DNA of 64,000 nt from Paracoccaceae bacterium (GTDB taxonomy: Bacteria; Pseudomonadota; Alphaproteobacteria; Rhodobacterales; Rhodobacteraceae). Each line of letters opens with the position of its first letter. The first letter of the stretch is position 1. A program made the position numbers and the translations under genes. The stretch lies in the NCBI GenBank assembly GCA_009924775.1, contig RFQY01000001.1:6157-70156 (forward strand), written 5' to 3'. The notes beneath the pieces are model-generated. The model made no database searches, was not told the origin of the DNA, and worked only from the letters and a program-made list of their open reading frames with translations. This document shows positions 33,857 to 42,237 of this stretch, piece by piece.

Positions 33857-35401
33857 ATGGCCGAGGCAGATACCCGCAGACGGGCCCGTGGTGGTGGTGG
33901 TGCGGCGCGCCGTGCCGAGCGTGGCGCCGTGTCTTTTGAGACGGCACGCTATATCGAGCGCAACATTCCCAATTTCGAGGTGCTCAACGAAGAGGCGCTG
34001 GAAATTATCGAACATAATGCCGAAACGATTCTGGAAGAGATCGGCGTAAACTTTGTCAACAACCCCGGCGCCTTGCACCGCTGGCGCGATGCGGGTGCCG
34101 ATGTTCAGGGTGAACGCGTGCGCATTCCCCGTGGTCTGGCCCGCAGTTTGTGCAAAACGGCACCTTCGCAGTTTACCCAGCACGCCCGCAACCCGGCGCG
34201 CAACGTGGAAATTGGCGGCCGCAATCTGGTGTTGGCCCCGGTCTACGGCCCGCCCTTCGTGCATGATGCCAAGGGTGGCCGCCGCTATGCCACGCTGGCG
34301 GATTTCCAGAAATTCGTAAAGCTGGGCTATATGTCGAAATGGCTGCACCATTCCGGCGGCACCGTGTGCGAGCCCACCGACGTGCCGGTGAACAAGCGCC
34401 ATCTGGATATGCTGCTGGCCCATATGCAGCTTAGCGACAAGCCCTTTATGGGCTCGGTCACCGAGGCCAGCCGGGCCCAAGATTCGGTGGATATGTGCGG
34501 TATTTTGTTCGGCAAAGAGTTCGTGCAAGAAAACACCGTGATGACCTCGCTCATCAACATCAACTCGCCGCTGACATTTGACGATGTGATGATGGGCGCG
34601 CTAGAGGTATACGCCGCCAACAACCAAGCCGCTATTATTTCGCCCTTTATCGTGGGCGGGGCGATGGCGCCGGTATCTGTGGCTGGCACTTTGACGCAGG
34701 TCTTAGCCGAAGTTCTGGCCGGCATCGCCTATAGCCAGCTGGTGCGCAAGGGCGCGCCGGTGATCTTTGGGGCCTTTGTAACCTCGATCGATATGAATTC
34801 CGGCGCGCCCACCTTTGGCACGCCCGAGGCCTCGCATATCACCTATGGCGCGGGTCAATTGGCGCGCCGTTTGGGGCTGCCTTTCCGCTCGGCCGGGTCG
34901 TTTTGTGGCTCGAAATTGCCCGATGCGCAGGCGGCTTATGAAACTGCCAACAGCCTGAACATGGGGCTTTTGTCGGGGGTGAACTTTATGCTGCACGCCT
35001 GCGGGTGGCTGGAAGGTGGCTTGGTGTCCAGCTTTGAGAAATTCGTGATGGATGCCGACCAATTGGGCGCCTTGCATCATCTGGCGCGCGGCGTGTCGGT
35101 CGATGCAAACGCCCAAGCGATGGATGCCATCCGCGAGGTGGGGCCGGGCGGGCATTATCTGGGCTGCGCGCATACGCAGGCAAACTTTAAGGAAGCTTTC
35201 TGGAAAAGCGACATCCTTGATTATAAACCCTTCGAGACATGGTCCGAAGAGGGCGCGCGCGACACCATGGCGCTGGCCTCGGCGCGGGTCGACAAGCTGC
35301 TGGCGGAATACCAGCAGCCTGCCATGGACCCCGCGATCAACGAGGCGCTGAATGCCTATGTGGCGCAGAAAAAAGCCAGCGAGCCCGATAGCTTTATGTA
35401 A
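33857..35401 (+). CDS. MttB-superfamily (trimethylamine methyltransferase-like) protein, non-pyrrolysine
   Basis: GGAGGT Shine-Dalgarno. N-terminus MAEADTRRRARGGG.., then ..EEALEIIEHNAETILEEIGV.., about 515 aa, no internal TAG. Confidence 0.85.
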   Translation: MAEADTRRRARGGGGAARRAERGAVSFETARYIERNIPNFEVLNEEALEIIEHNAETILEEIGVNFVNNPGALHRWRDAGADVQGERVRIPRGLARSLCKTAPSQFTQHARNPARNVEIGGRNLVLAPVYGPPFVHDAKGGRRYATLADFQKFVKLGYMSKWLHHSGGTVCEPTDVPVNKRHLDMLLAHMQLSDKPFMGSVTEASRAQDSVDMCGILFGKEFVQENTVMTSLININSPLTFDDVMMGALEVYAANNQAAIISPFIVGGAMAPVSVAGTLTQVLAEVLAGIAYSQLVRKGAPVIFGAFVTSIDMNSGAPTFGTPEASHITYGAGQLARRLGLPFRSAGSFCGSKLPDAQAAYETANSLNMGLLSGVNFMLHACGWLEGGLVSSFEKFVMDADQLGALHHLARGVSVDANAQAMDAIREVGPGGHYLGCAHTQANFKEAFWKSDILDYKPFETWSEEGARDTMALASARVDKLLAEYQQPAMDPAINEALNAYVAQKKASEPDSFM

Positions 35402-35702
35402 GCTCAGCGGCGCCTGCATATGCGGGCGCTTGCAAGGCATGTAGTTCCGCCATGATCGCGGTCAGCACATGCACATGAAAGACCACAGAATAGGCCGCGT
35501 CCGCAGACATGCGGGCGCGGTTTTGTGCATCTTCGATATCGATCAATTGCTCTAGCGCGCGGGCGGTGCAGGGCAGCTCTGTTGCGGCTAAAATGGTGCG
35601 CAGATGCACCCCCCTGCGATAGCTGGGCAGCGCGTGTTGGGCGGCTTGTGTTAACAGGCGTGGGCGGCGCATCTGGCCTAAACGCTGGGTAAAATTGCTC
35701 AT
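35394..35702 (-). CDS. small conserved hypothetical protein (DUF6477-like; rcc01866-like, from memory)
   Basis: 102 aa; ..RRPRLLTQAAQHALPSYRRGVHLRTIL.. Divergent from the HTH/DUF6456-like gene. The family name is recalled, not searched. Confidence 0.65.
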   Translation of the reverse strand: MSNFTQRLGQMRRPRLLTQAAQHALPSYRRGVHLRTILAATELPCTARALEQLIDIEDAQNRARMSADAAYSVVFHVHVLTAIMAELHALQAPAYAGAAELT

Positions 35703-35839
35703 GGCATCGCCTTTCTGAAAGGAACCGCCACAGAAGAAAGCACAAGTTTTCGGGGTGTTGCGCGGTGCGGTGGGGCAGCGTGCGCAGGGTTTGGCCCATG
35801 TTCACCATTTCGTAACGAAACTTGCCAAATCGCAAATCC

Positions 35840-35855
35840 TTAACGGACAGGTAAC
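35840..35855 (+). promoter_or_regulatory. candidate CtrA box (TTAA-N7-GTAAC) upstream of the GafA-like gene
   Basis: TTAACGGACAGGTAAC, 103 nt upstream of ATG 35958. Same variant as in the ctrA promoter. Confidence 0.4.
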
Positions 35856-35957
35856 AGCCGCGGGGCTAGGTCTTGGGGTGGTGCATGTGGCTGGGTGGCC
35901 ACCGGGGCGCCCCTGTTTTGAGCATGGATTGCGTGCCAAAGGAGGCCAAGAAAGACG

Positions 35958-36992
35958 ATGCAAGATTTGTCAGTTCCGGCGTGGGTGCCCAACGATGCGG
36001 CACATTACTTGGCCCACACCGAGGGCGGATGCGCCATTCGGGCGCTGGCCCGCCAGGCAGGCTGTCATGCATCCACGGTCTTGCGCCAAATTCGCCGGTT
36101 AGAAAACCGCCGTGATGACGCATTGGTTGACGAGGCCTTGCGGCATCTGGGGCGGCGGCTTTTCCCGGGTGGCCAGCCCCATAGTGACAAGGAAGGTTAT
36201 GTGATGAATGCCCGTGTTTCAAACCGCGCAACGCCTGACGAACAGCCCAAACAGGCTGAAATTATTGCAGTATTGCGCAGATTGGCCGCGTCCGGCAGCG
36301 TGTTGGCCGTGGCCCATGATATGGAAAATGCCGTGGTTGTAACGCTTGCGGGCCCCCAGACGGGCCGCCATATTGTGCCCCGCCATGTGGCGCAAATGAT
36401 GGCGCTAAACGATTGGATCGCCTGCGATACGCCCGGGCGCGTGATGCGCTACCAGATCACTGCGGCGGGGCGGGCGGTTTTGACCCGCAGCGCGTTGCAC
36501 AGCGACGCGACATCTGGCGATGACAGCGCCAGCGCCGCGCGGCGCAACCGGTATGGTGGGCCAGAAACGCCATTGATGGCCCTGTCCCGGCGCAAGGATA
36601 AGAACGGCAAAATGTTTTTGGCCCCTGATTTGGTCAGCGCGGGCGAGCGGCTGCGCGAAGATTTCGAGCTGGCCCAAATTGGCCCGCGCACGACCCAGAA
36701 CTGGGATAGTTTCCTGACCGGCGGTGTCTCGGGGCCCACCAAATCGGCCCGCCAGCCGGGCGACCCGCGCCCCATGGCCGCACGCGACCGCGTGGCGGCG
36801 GCGCTGCGGGCCTTGGGGCCGGGTTTGGGCGATGTGGCCCTGCGCTGTTGTTGCTATCTTGAGGGGCTGGAGACCGCGGAAAAGCGCATGGGTTGGTCGG
36901 CCCGGTCGGGCAAAATTGTGCTGCGTATCGCGTTGCAGCGGCTTAAGGCGCATTACGATGCGCAGGGGCATGCGGCGCAATTGATTGGGTAA
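35958..36992 (+). CDS. HTH + DUF6456-like regulator, probable homologue of the GTA activation factor GafA
   Basis: AAAGGAGG Shine-Dalgarno. N-terminal HTH (IRALARQAGCHASTVLRQIRRLE) and C-terminal sigma-region-4-like segment (..LRCCCYLEGLETAEKRMGWSARSGKIVLRIALQRL..). Confidence 0.7.
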   Translation: MQDLSVPAWVPNDAAHYLAHTEGGCAIRALARQAGCHASTVLRQIRRLENRRDDALVDEALRHLGRRLFPGGQPHSDKEGYVMNARVSNRATPDEQPKQAEIIAVLRRLAASGSVLAVAHDMENAVVVTLAGPQTGRHIVPRHVAQMMALNDWIACDTPGRVMRYQITAAGRAVLTRSALHSDATSGDDSASAARRNRYGGPETPLMALSRRKDKNGKMFLAPDLVSAGERLREDFELAQIGPRTTQNWDSFLTGGVSGPTKSARQPGDPRPMAARDRVAAALRALGPGLGDVALRCCCYLEGLETAEKRMGWSARSGKIVLRIALQRLKAHYDAQGHAAQLIG

Positions 36993-37054
36993 GCAAACGA
37001 AAAAGGGGTGGGCCGGCACATTGGCCAGCACCGTCCCTTTTGGCCCGTTGCGCC

Positions 37055-37945
37055 TTAGCCGGCGATCGAGGCTTGATAGATGCTGTCGATCGTGGCGGCG
37101 ATTGTGGCGTTAAAGTCGGCGTCGCTTTGCTGCGCGGAAAGCCCCTCGGTCAGGGCGCGGCTAAAGCTGGCGATCACGCCAGTGTTTTGCGCCAAACGGC
37201 TGTTTGACTCGTCGCGGCTATAGCCCCCCGACAGCGCCACAACACGCATAACGGCCGGATGCTCGACCAAAGATTTATAGTGGTTTGCCAACTCGGGCAG
37301 GGTCAATTTCAGCATCACTTCGGTGCCTGCGGGCAAGGCGTTCAGCTGCTCGGTCAGCGCGGCCAGCAGCATGTCTTCGACATGGGCCTTGTCGGCAATC
37401 GAAATCGTTACCTCGGGTTCGATGATGGGCACCAGCCCATGGGCCAAGATCTGTTTTCCCACTTCAAATTGCTGCGCCACCACATCCTTGATGCCTTGGG
37501 CATTGGCGGCATCGATCACCGAGCGCATTTTGGTGCCAAAAATACCCGCCGCCACGGCCCGGCTGAGCAGGGCATCCAGATCGGGCATGGGTTTCATCAT
37601 TTTTACGCCATTGGCGGCATCGGCCAAGCCTTTGTCGACCTTCAAAAACGGCACCACGCCGCGCTCTTCCCACATGAATTGCGCGGTGGGCTTGCCCGCC
37701 ATCTGACGGTCCATGGTCATTTCAAACAAAATCGCGCCAATCACCCGTTCACCTGTGAAAGCGGGCGCTTGGGCAATCCGGGTGCGCATGGCGTGCACCA
37801 GATCAAACATGTCTTCTTCGTTGCTATAGGCGGTGCTGTCTACGCCATAAAGCTGCAGTGCCTTTGGGGTGGAGCCGCCCGATTGGTCGAGCGCTGCGAT
37901 AAATCCTTGGCCTGCGCGGATCTTGTCTGCCTGTTGGGTATTCAT
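37055..37945 (-). CDS. fba: class I fructose-bisphosphate aldolase (Fda type, 296 aa)
   Basis: ..GQGFIAALDQSGGSTPKAL.., ..GLVPIIEPEV.., ..VMLKLTLP.., ..VVALSGGYSR.. are colinear with my recollection of the Staphylococcus-type class I aldolase. Confidence 0.92.
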   Translation of the reverse strand: MNTQQADKIRAGQGFIAALDQSGGSTPKALQLYGVDSTAYSNEEDMFDLVHAMRTRIAQAPAFTGERVIGAILFEMTMDRQMAGKPTAQFMWEERGVVPFLKVDKGLADAANGVKMMKPMPDLDALLSRAVAAGIFGTKMRSVIDAANAQGIKDVVAQQFEVGKQILAHGLVPIIEPEVTISIADKAHVEDMLLAALTEQLNALPAGTEVMLKLTLPELANHYKSLVEHPAVMRVVALSGGYSRDESNSRLAQNTGVIASFSRALTEGLSAQQSDADFNATIAATIDSIYQASIAG

Positions 37946-37994
37946 CTGTTCATCCGATCCATTTTGTCAAAATTACGCATTCATCGGGGGGCGA

Positions 37995-39185
37995 TCAGGC
38001 GGCTTGGTCCAATGCCGCCACACCGGGCAGCAGCTTGCCTTCCATCCATTCCAAAAACGCCCCACCGGCTGTTGAGATGTAGCTAAACCCATCTGCGGCG
38101 CCAGCCTTGTTCAGCGCGGCCACCGTATCGCCACCACCGGCCACAGACACCAGCTGGCCAGTTTGGCTAAGCTTTGCGGCATGGGCGGCAGCGGCATTGG
38201 TGGCGGCGTCAAAGGGGGCAATTTCAAACGCCCCCAGCGGGCCATTCCAGATCAGGGTTTTCGCCCCGTCGAACGCGGCCAAAATCCGCGCCACGCTGGC
38301 GGGGCCTGCATCCAAAATCATCGTATCCTCGGGGCAATGTGTGGCCGCGACGGTGCTGTTTTCGGCATGCGCTTCAAAGGCGCGCGCCACCACAACATCG
38401 GTGGGCAACAAAATTTCGCACCCCATGGCCTGTGCCTTGGCCATGATCTGGCGCGCGGTTTCGGCCATGTCATGTTCGCACAGCGATGTGCCAACGCCCA
38501 GGCCCTGGGCGGCCAGAAACGTGTTGGCCATGCCCCCGCCGATCACCAGATGATCGACCTTTTCCACCAGATTGCCCAAAAGCGCCAGTTTGGTAGAAAC
38601 TTTGGCCCCGCCCACCACCGCCACAACCGGGCGCTGGGGCTGGCCTAGGGCGGCTTCTAGCGCCTCTAGCTCGGCTTGCATCAGGCGGCCTGCGCAGGCT
38701 GGCAGCAGGCGCGCCAGCGCCTCGGTCGAGGCATGGGCGCGATGGGCGGCGGAAAAGGCATCGTTGCAATAGACATCGCCCAAAGCGGCAAGGCGCGCGG
38801 CAAACTCTGGGTCGTTTTGTTCTTCGCCGGGGTGAAAGCGGATGTTTTCCAGCAACAACACATCGGCTGCGCGCGCCTCTTCGGTCAGGTTTTCTGCCGC
38901 CTCTAGCGTTTCGATAAACCGAACCTTGCGCCCCAGTGCCGCCTCGAGCGCAGGCACACAAATGCGCAAGGTCATGTCCAGCACAACCTTACCTTTTGGG
39001 CGGCCAAAATGCGCCACCAGAATCGGGCGCCCGCCCTTGGCCAGAATGTCCATTACCGTGGGGGCGATTTTGCGAATGCGGGTATCGTCGCTGACCAGCC
39101 CGTTTTCGACGGGCACGTTGATATCCACGCGCACCAGCACGCGCTTGCCGGTCAGATCCATGTCGTCGAGGGTTTTCCAAGGCAT
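37995..39185 (-). CDS. pgk: phosphoglycerate kinase
   Basis: ..[12 protein letters not shown].., ..GGAKVSTKL.., ..[10 protein letters not shown].. Confidence 0.97.
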   Translation of the reverse strand: MPWKTLDDMDLTGKRVLVRVDINVPVENGLVSDDTRIRKIAPTVMDILAKGGRPILVAHFGRPKGKVVLDMTLRICVPALEAALGRKVRFIETLEAAENLTEEARAADVLLLENIRFHPGEEQNDPEFAARLAALGDVYCNDAFSAAHRAHASTEALARLLPACAGRLMQAELEALEAALGQPQRPVVAVVGGAKVSTKLALLGNLVEKVDHLVIGGGMANTFLAAQGLGVGTSLCEHDMAETARQIMAKAQAMGCEILLPTDVVVARAFEAHAENSTVAATHCPEDTMILDAGPASVARILAAFDGAKTLIWNGPLGAFEIAPFDAATNAAAAHAAKLSQTGQLVSVAGGGDTVAALNKAGAADGFSYISTAGGAFLEWMEGKLLPGVAALDQAA

Positions 39186-39313
39186 TGGGCGGCTCCTGTC
39201 GAAAGGCGGTTGCGCGTTCTCTTGGCCTGTGGAAAGGGGCGCGTCAACCTCGGCGCTTGGCTTTCGCCTCTTCGCGGCCTAGGTTTGCGCAAACATCTGC
39301 AAAGGAGGGCCAG

Positions 39314-39820
39314 ATGGCCGAGATCAAAGACCCCGAAAACACGATTCTGATCGAGCTGAAAGATGGCACCGTGGCCATCGAATTGTTGCCCGACATCGCC
39401 CCAAAACATTGCGAGCGCATGAAAGAGCTGGCGCGCGCAGGCCAGTATGACAACGTGGCCTTCCACCGCGTGATCGATGGGTTCATGGCCCAAACCGGCG
39501 ATGTGCAGCATGCCAATATGGAAAACGGCTGGAACCCCGCACGCGCCGGCACCGGCAGCAGCGATCTGCCCGATTTGCCCGCCGAATTTTCCGGCATCCC
39601 GCATGACCGCGGCACGCTGGGCGCGGCGCGTTCGATGAACCCCAACAGCGCCAATAGCCAGTTCTTCATCAATTTCAGCGACAACCATTTCCTGAACCGT
39701 CAATACACCGTCTATGGCCGGGTGATTTCCGGGATGGAGCATGTCGATACCATCACCCGGGGCGAGCCGCCAGCGGCACCCGACCGGATGATCAGCGTAA
39801 AGGTGGCGGCCGATGCGTAA
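39314..39820 (+). CDS. cyclophilin-type peptidyl-prolyl cis-trans isomerase (cytoplasmic)
   Basis: AAGGAGGG Shine-Dalgarno. ..FHRVIDGFMAQTGD.., ..NSANSQFFI..; start re-set from 39185. Confidence 0.92.
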   Translation: MAEIKDPENTILIELKDGTVAIELLPDIAPKHCERMKELARAGQYDNVAFHRVIDGFMAQTGDVQHANMENGWNPARAGTGSSDLPDLPAEFSGIPHDRGTLGAARSMNPNSANSQFFINFSDNHFLNRQYTVYGRVISGMEHVDTITRGEPPAAPDRMISVKVAADA

Positions 39821-40373
39821 CTGGCTGGCAGCTGTGGTGCTGATGGCGGCCAGCCCGGCGCTGGCCACAGGCCTGCAAATCGAGGTTGCGGGCGAGGGGG
39901 CCAATGGCACCATCACCATCGATCTTTTGGATGATGTGGCGCCAAAACATGCCCAGCGCCTGGCCAAGCTGGCCGCCGAGGGCGCCTATGATGGCGTGGT
40001 GTTTCACCGAGTGATCGATGGGTTCATGGCACAGACGGGCGATGTGAAGTTTGGCAATAGCACCGCTGATGGGTTCAACATGCGTATGGCGGGCATGGGG
40101 GGCTCGGATCTGGGCAATTTGGCGCAGGAATTTTCTGACGTGCCCTTTGATCGCGGCGTTGTGGGCATGGCCCGCGCCCAAGACCCAAACAGCGCCAACA
40201 GCCAGTTCTTTATCATGTTCGATCAGGGCTATTTCCTGAACGGTCAATACACGGTCGTGGGCCGTGTGACCGAGGGCATGGAGGTGGTGGATGCCATCAA
40301 GCGCGGCAAGGGCCGCAATGGGGCCGTGGTTGGGGCGCCAGATTTTATGAAAAAGGTCACCGTTACCCCGTAA
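39813..40373 (+). CDS. cyclophilin-type peptidyl-prolyl isomerase with signal peptide (periplasmic)
   Basis: Signal peptide MRNWLAAVVLMAASPALA, then the same cyclophilin motifs. Overlaps the upstream paralogue by 8 nt. Confidence 0.92.
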   Translation: MRNWLAAVVLMAASPALATGLQIEVAGEGANGTITIDLLDDVAPKHAQRLAKLAAEGAYDGVVFHRVIDGFMAQTGDVKFGNSTADGFNMRMAGMGGSDLGNLAQEFSDVPFDRGVVGMARAQDPNSANSQFFIMFDQGYFLNGQYTVVGRVTEGMEVVDAIKRGKGRNGAVVGAPDFMKKVTVTP

Positions 40374-40405
40374 TGGGTGGGGCCAGCCCTGTGCTGGGGC
40401 ATAAT

Positions 40406-40436
40406 AAAAGGGGGCCGTTTGGTCCCCTTTTTTGTT
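40406..40436. terminator. bidirectional terminator between ppi and the convergent MttB-like gene
   Basis: AAAAGGGGGCC-GTTT-GGTCCCCTTTTTTG. Confidence 0.75.
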
Positions 40437-40451
40437 AGGTATAACCGCGCG

Positions 40452-41990
40452 TTAACGGGGCAAGTGAATGTTAAACCGCGCCCGAATGGCGGCATCGGTT
40501 GTTGGGTCCAGCGCTGCGCTGCTGGGGCTGGACAAGATTGCCTCTTTGCGCGCGATGGCGCGCGCCACCAAATCGGGCTTGCCCTTTTCAGCCCATTCTT
40601 TGGGCGAGGTGCGGTCCCCCAAGGTGGGATAAACATGGTCGGCCTGCATCCGCGAAAGCGTGGCATCGGTGCCCAGATAATGGCCCGAACCACCCAAGCA
40701 GACCTCGGCGATCTGGTCCAGTGCCAGCGTTTCCGGCGTCACCTCGATGCCGCGCACGCAGCGCAGCGCCTGACCGATCAGGTCATCGCCCAAAATCAGC
40801 GATTCGTGGCAAAAGCCCAAAAGCGAGGCATGCATGCCTGCGGCCTCGTAGACCATGTTCAGCCCGGCCAAACCGGCCATGACGTTCGAGCACATTTGCT
40901 CCCAGCCGGCTTGCATATCGGGCAATTTGCTGTCGGCAATCCCCGCTGCGGCGCCGCCGGGCAGGCCATAGTAATGGTGCATCTGCGCGCAGCCCGCCGT
41001 CAGCAAGGCCTGTTCGCCCGAACCACCGGTCATCGCGCCGGTGCGCAGATCTAGGCCAAAGGGCCAAGTGCCAAAAATCGCCGGGTGGCCGGGGGCGATG
41101 GCATTGACATAGACAACGCCCGCCAAACATTCTGCCACGGCCTGCACAATGGCGCCCGCCACGGTCGAGGGGGCGGTGGCCCCGGCCATGCCCGCCGATA
41201 GCAACAACACAGGCATGCCACCGGCGATGACCTTTTCCATCACCTTGCAGCTTTCGGTGGCAAATTTCATTGGCGGCACAACAAAGCAATTCGAATTGCT
41301 GATAAAGGGCCGGGCGCGCCAATTGGCCTCGCCGCCGGCAATCATATGCAGCAGTTCAAACCCATCATCCACATAGTCAGGGTCGGTAAAGGACACGCCG
41401 ATATGTTTTTTTGTGCCCGCCACGCAGGCATAGATCGAATTCAGATCCATCTCGCGGTTATCGGCAATATCGCGGCACACCATGGGGCGCTGCACAAAAT
41501 GGATATTGTCCAACTGGTCACAAATGCGGGCGGCATCGTGCAGGTCTTGCACGGTGCTGTCGCGGTAATGCTGGCCCTGCACATCGACCATATGCACCGC
41601 TGCACCGGCTGTGCCGTAATGCACGCGCTGGCCGCTGAGGTCTAGGTCGTGGCGCGGGTCGCGGCCATGCAGGGTGATGCCGCGCGCGGCTTTGGCCAGC
41701 ATGTCTTCAACCAAGGCGCGGGGAAAACGAATGCGCCCATCATCGCCCAAGATGGCGCCGGCATAGGTCAGAATCTGCACACCCGATTCGGGTGCGTCGG
41801 CCAAGCCGATGGTTTCCAAGGCCTGCAGGGCGGCTTCGTGAATTTTGTCCATATCGCTGTCGGACAGGGGGCGATACTGGCCGCCGGTCATGCCGGGGCG
41901 AATGGGGCGCAGATTTTCTGCCAAAGGCGCTTGGCGTGCGGCGCGGCGTGCATCGCGGCCGCCGCTGCGGCGGGGGGACTGATCGTTCAT
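40452..41990 (-). CDS. MttB-superfamily (trimethylamine methyltransferase-like) protein, non-pyrrolysine, paralogue 2
   Basis: Start re-set to MNDQSPRRSGGRDARRAARQ.. (GGAG upstream). ..DMDKIHEAALQALETIGL.., 512 aa, no internal TAG. Confidence 0.85.
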   Translation of the reverse strand: MNDQSPRRSGGRDARRAARQAPLAENLRPIRPGMTGGQYRPLSDSDMDKIHEAALQALETIGLADAPESGVQILTYAGAILGDDGRIRFPRALVEDMLAKAARGITLHGRDPRHDLDLSGQRVHYGTAGAAVHMVDVQGQHYRDSTVQDLHDAARICDQLDNIHFVQRPMVCRDIADNREMDLNSIYACVAGTKKHIGVSFTDPDYVDDGFELLHMIAGGEANWRARPFISNSNCFVVPPMKFATESCKVMEKVIAGGMPVLLLSAGMAGATAPSTVAGAIVQAVAECLAGVVYVNAIAPGHPAIFGTWPFGLDLRTGAMTGGSGEQALLTAGCAQMHHYYGLPGGAAAGIADSKLPDMQAGWEQMCSNVMAGLAGLNMVYEAAGMHASLLGFCHESLILGDDLIGQALRCVRGIEVTPETLALDQIAEVCLGGSGHYLGTDATLSRMQADHVYPTLGDRTSPKEWAEKGKPDLVARAIARKEAILSSPSSAALDPTTDAAIRARFNIHLPR

Positions 41991-42034
41991 GATTGGCTCC
42001 GGAAATATAGAAGGGTTTGCGTGTGCGGCACAGG

Positions 42035-42118
42035 CTACGGCCGGCCACGCGCGGCCATGCCCCGCTCGGCCCCGATGGTGCGGGTCACCAGCGCAATTTT
42101 CCAATCCCAATCGGTCAT
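42035..42118 (-). CDS. candidate 27-codon upstream ORF/leader preceding the second MttB-like gene
   Basis: AGGGAGGAACC-ATG. Product MTDWDWKIALVTRTIGAERGMAARGRP; stop 44 nt before the MttB-like ATG. No homology support. Confidence 0.25.
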   Translation of the reverse strand: MTDWDWKIALVTRTIGAERGMAARGRP

Positions 42119-42237
42119 GGTTCCTCCCTAGAACTGGGGGAACGATAGGCCCAAGGCGGGGCCCGTCTTTTCCGTTCGCGACGAAAGGTCGCTTTCAGAC
42201 CTGCGCTTTCGTTTTTTGGCGCTGTTTGTTCAAACGC

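Noticed and set aside
33857-41990. In-frame amber (pyrrolysine) codon in the two MttB-like genes.
   Set aside because: Both reading frames are uninterrupted from a plausible SD/ATG to the stop, and no pyl genes are nearby. These are non-Pyl members.
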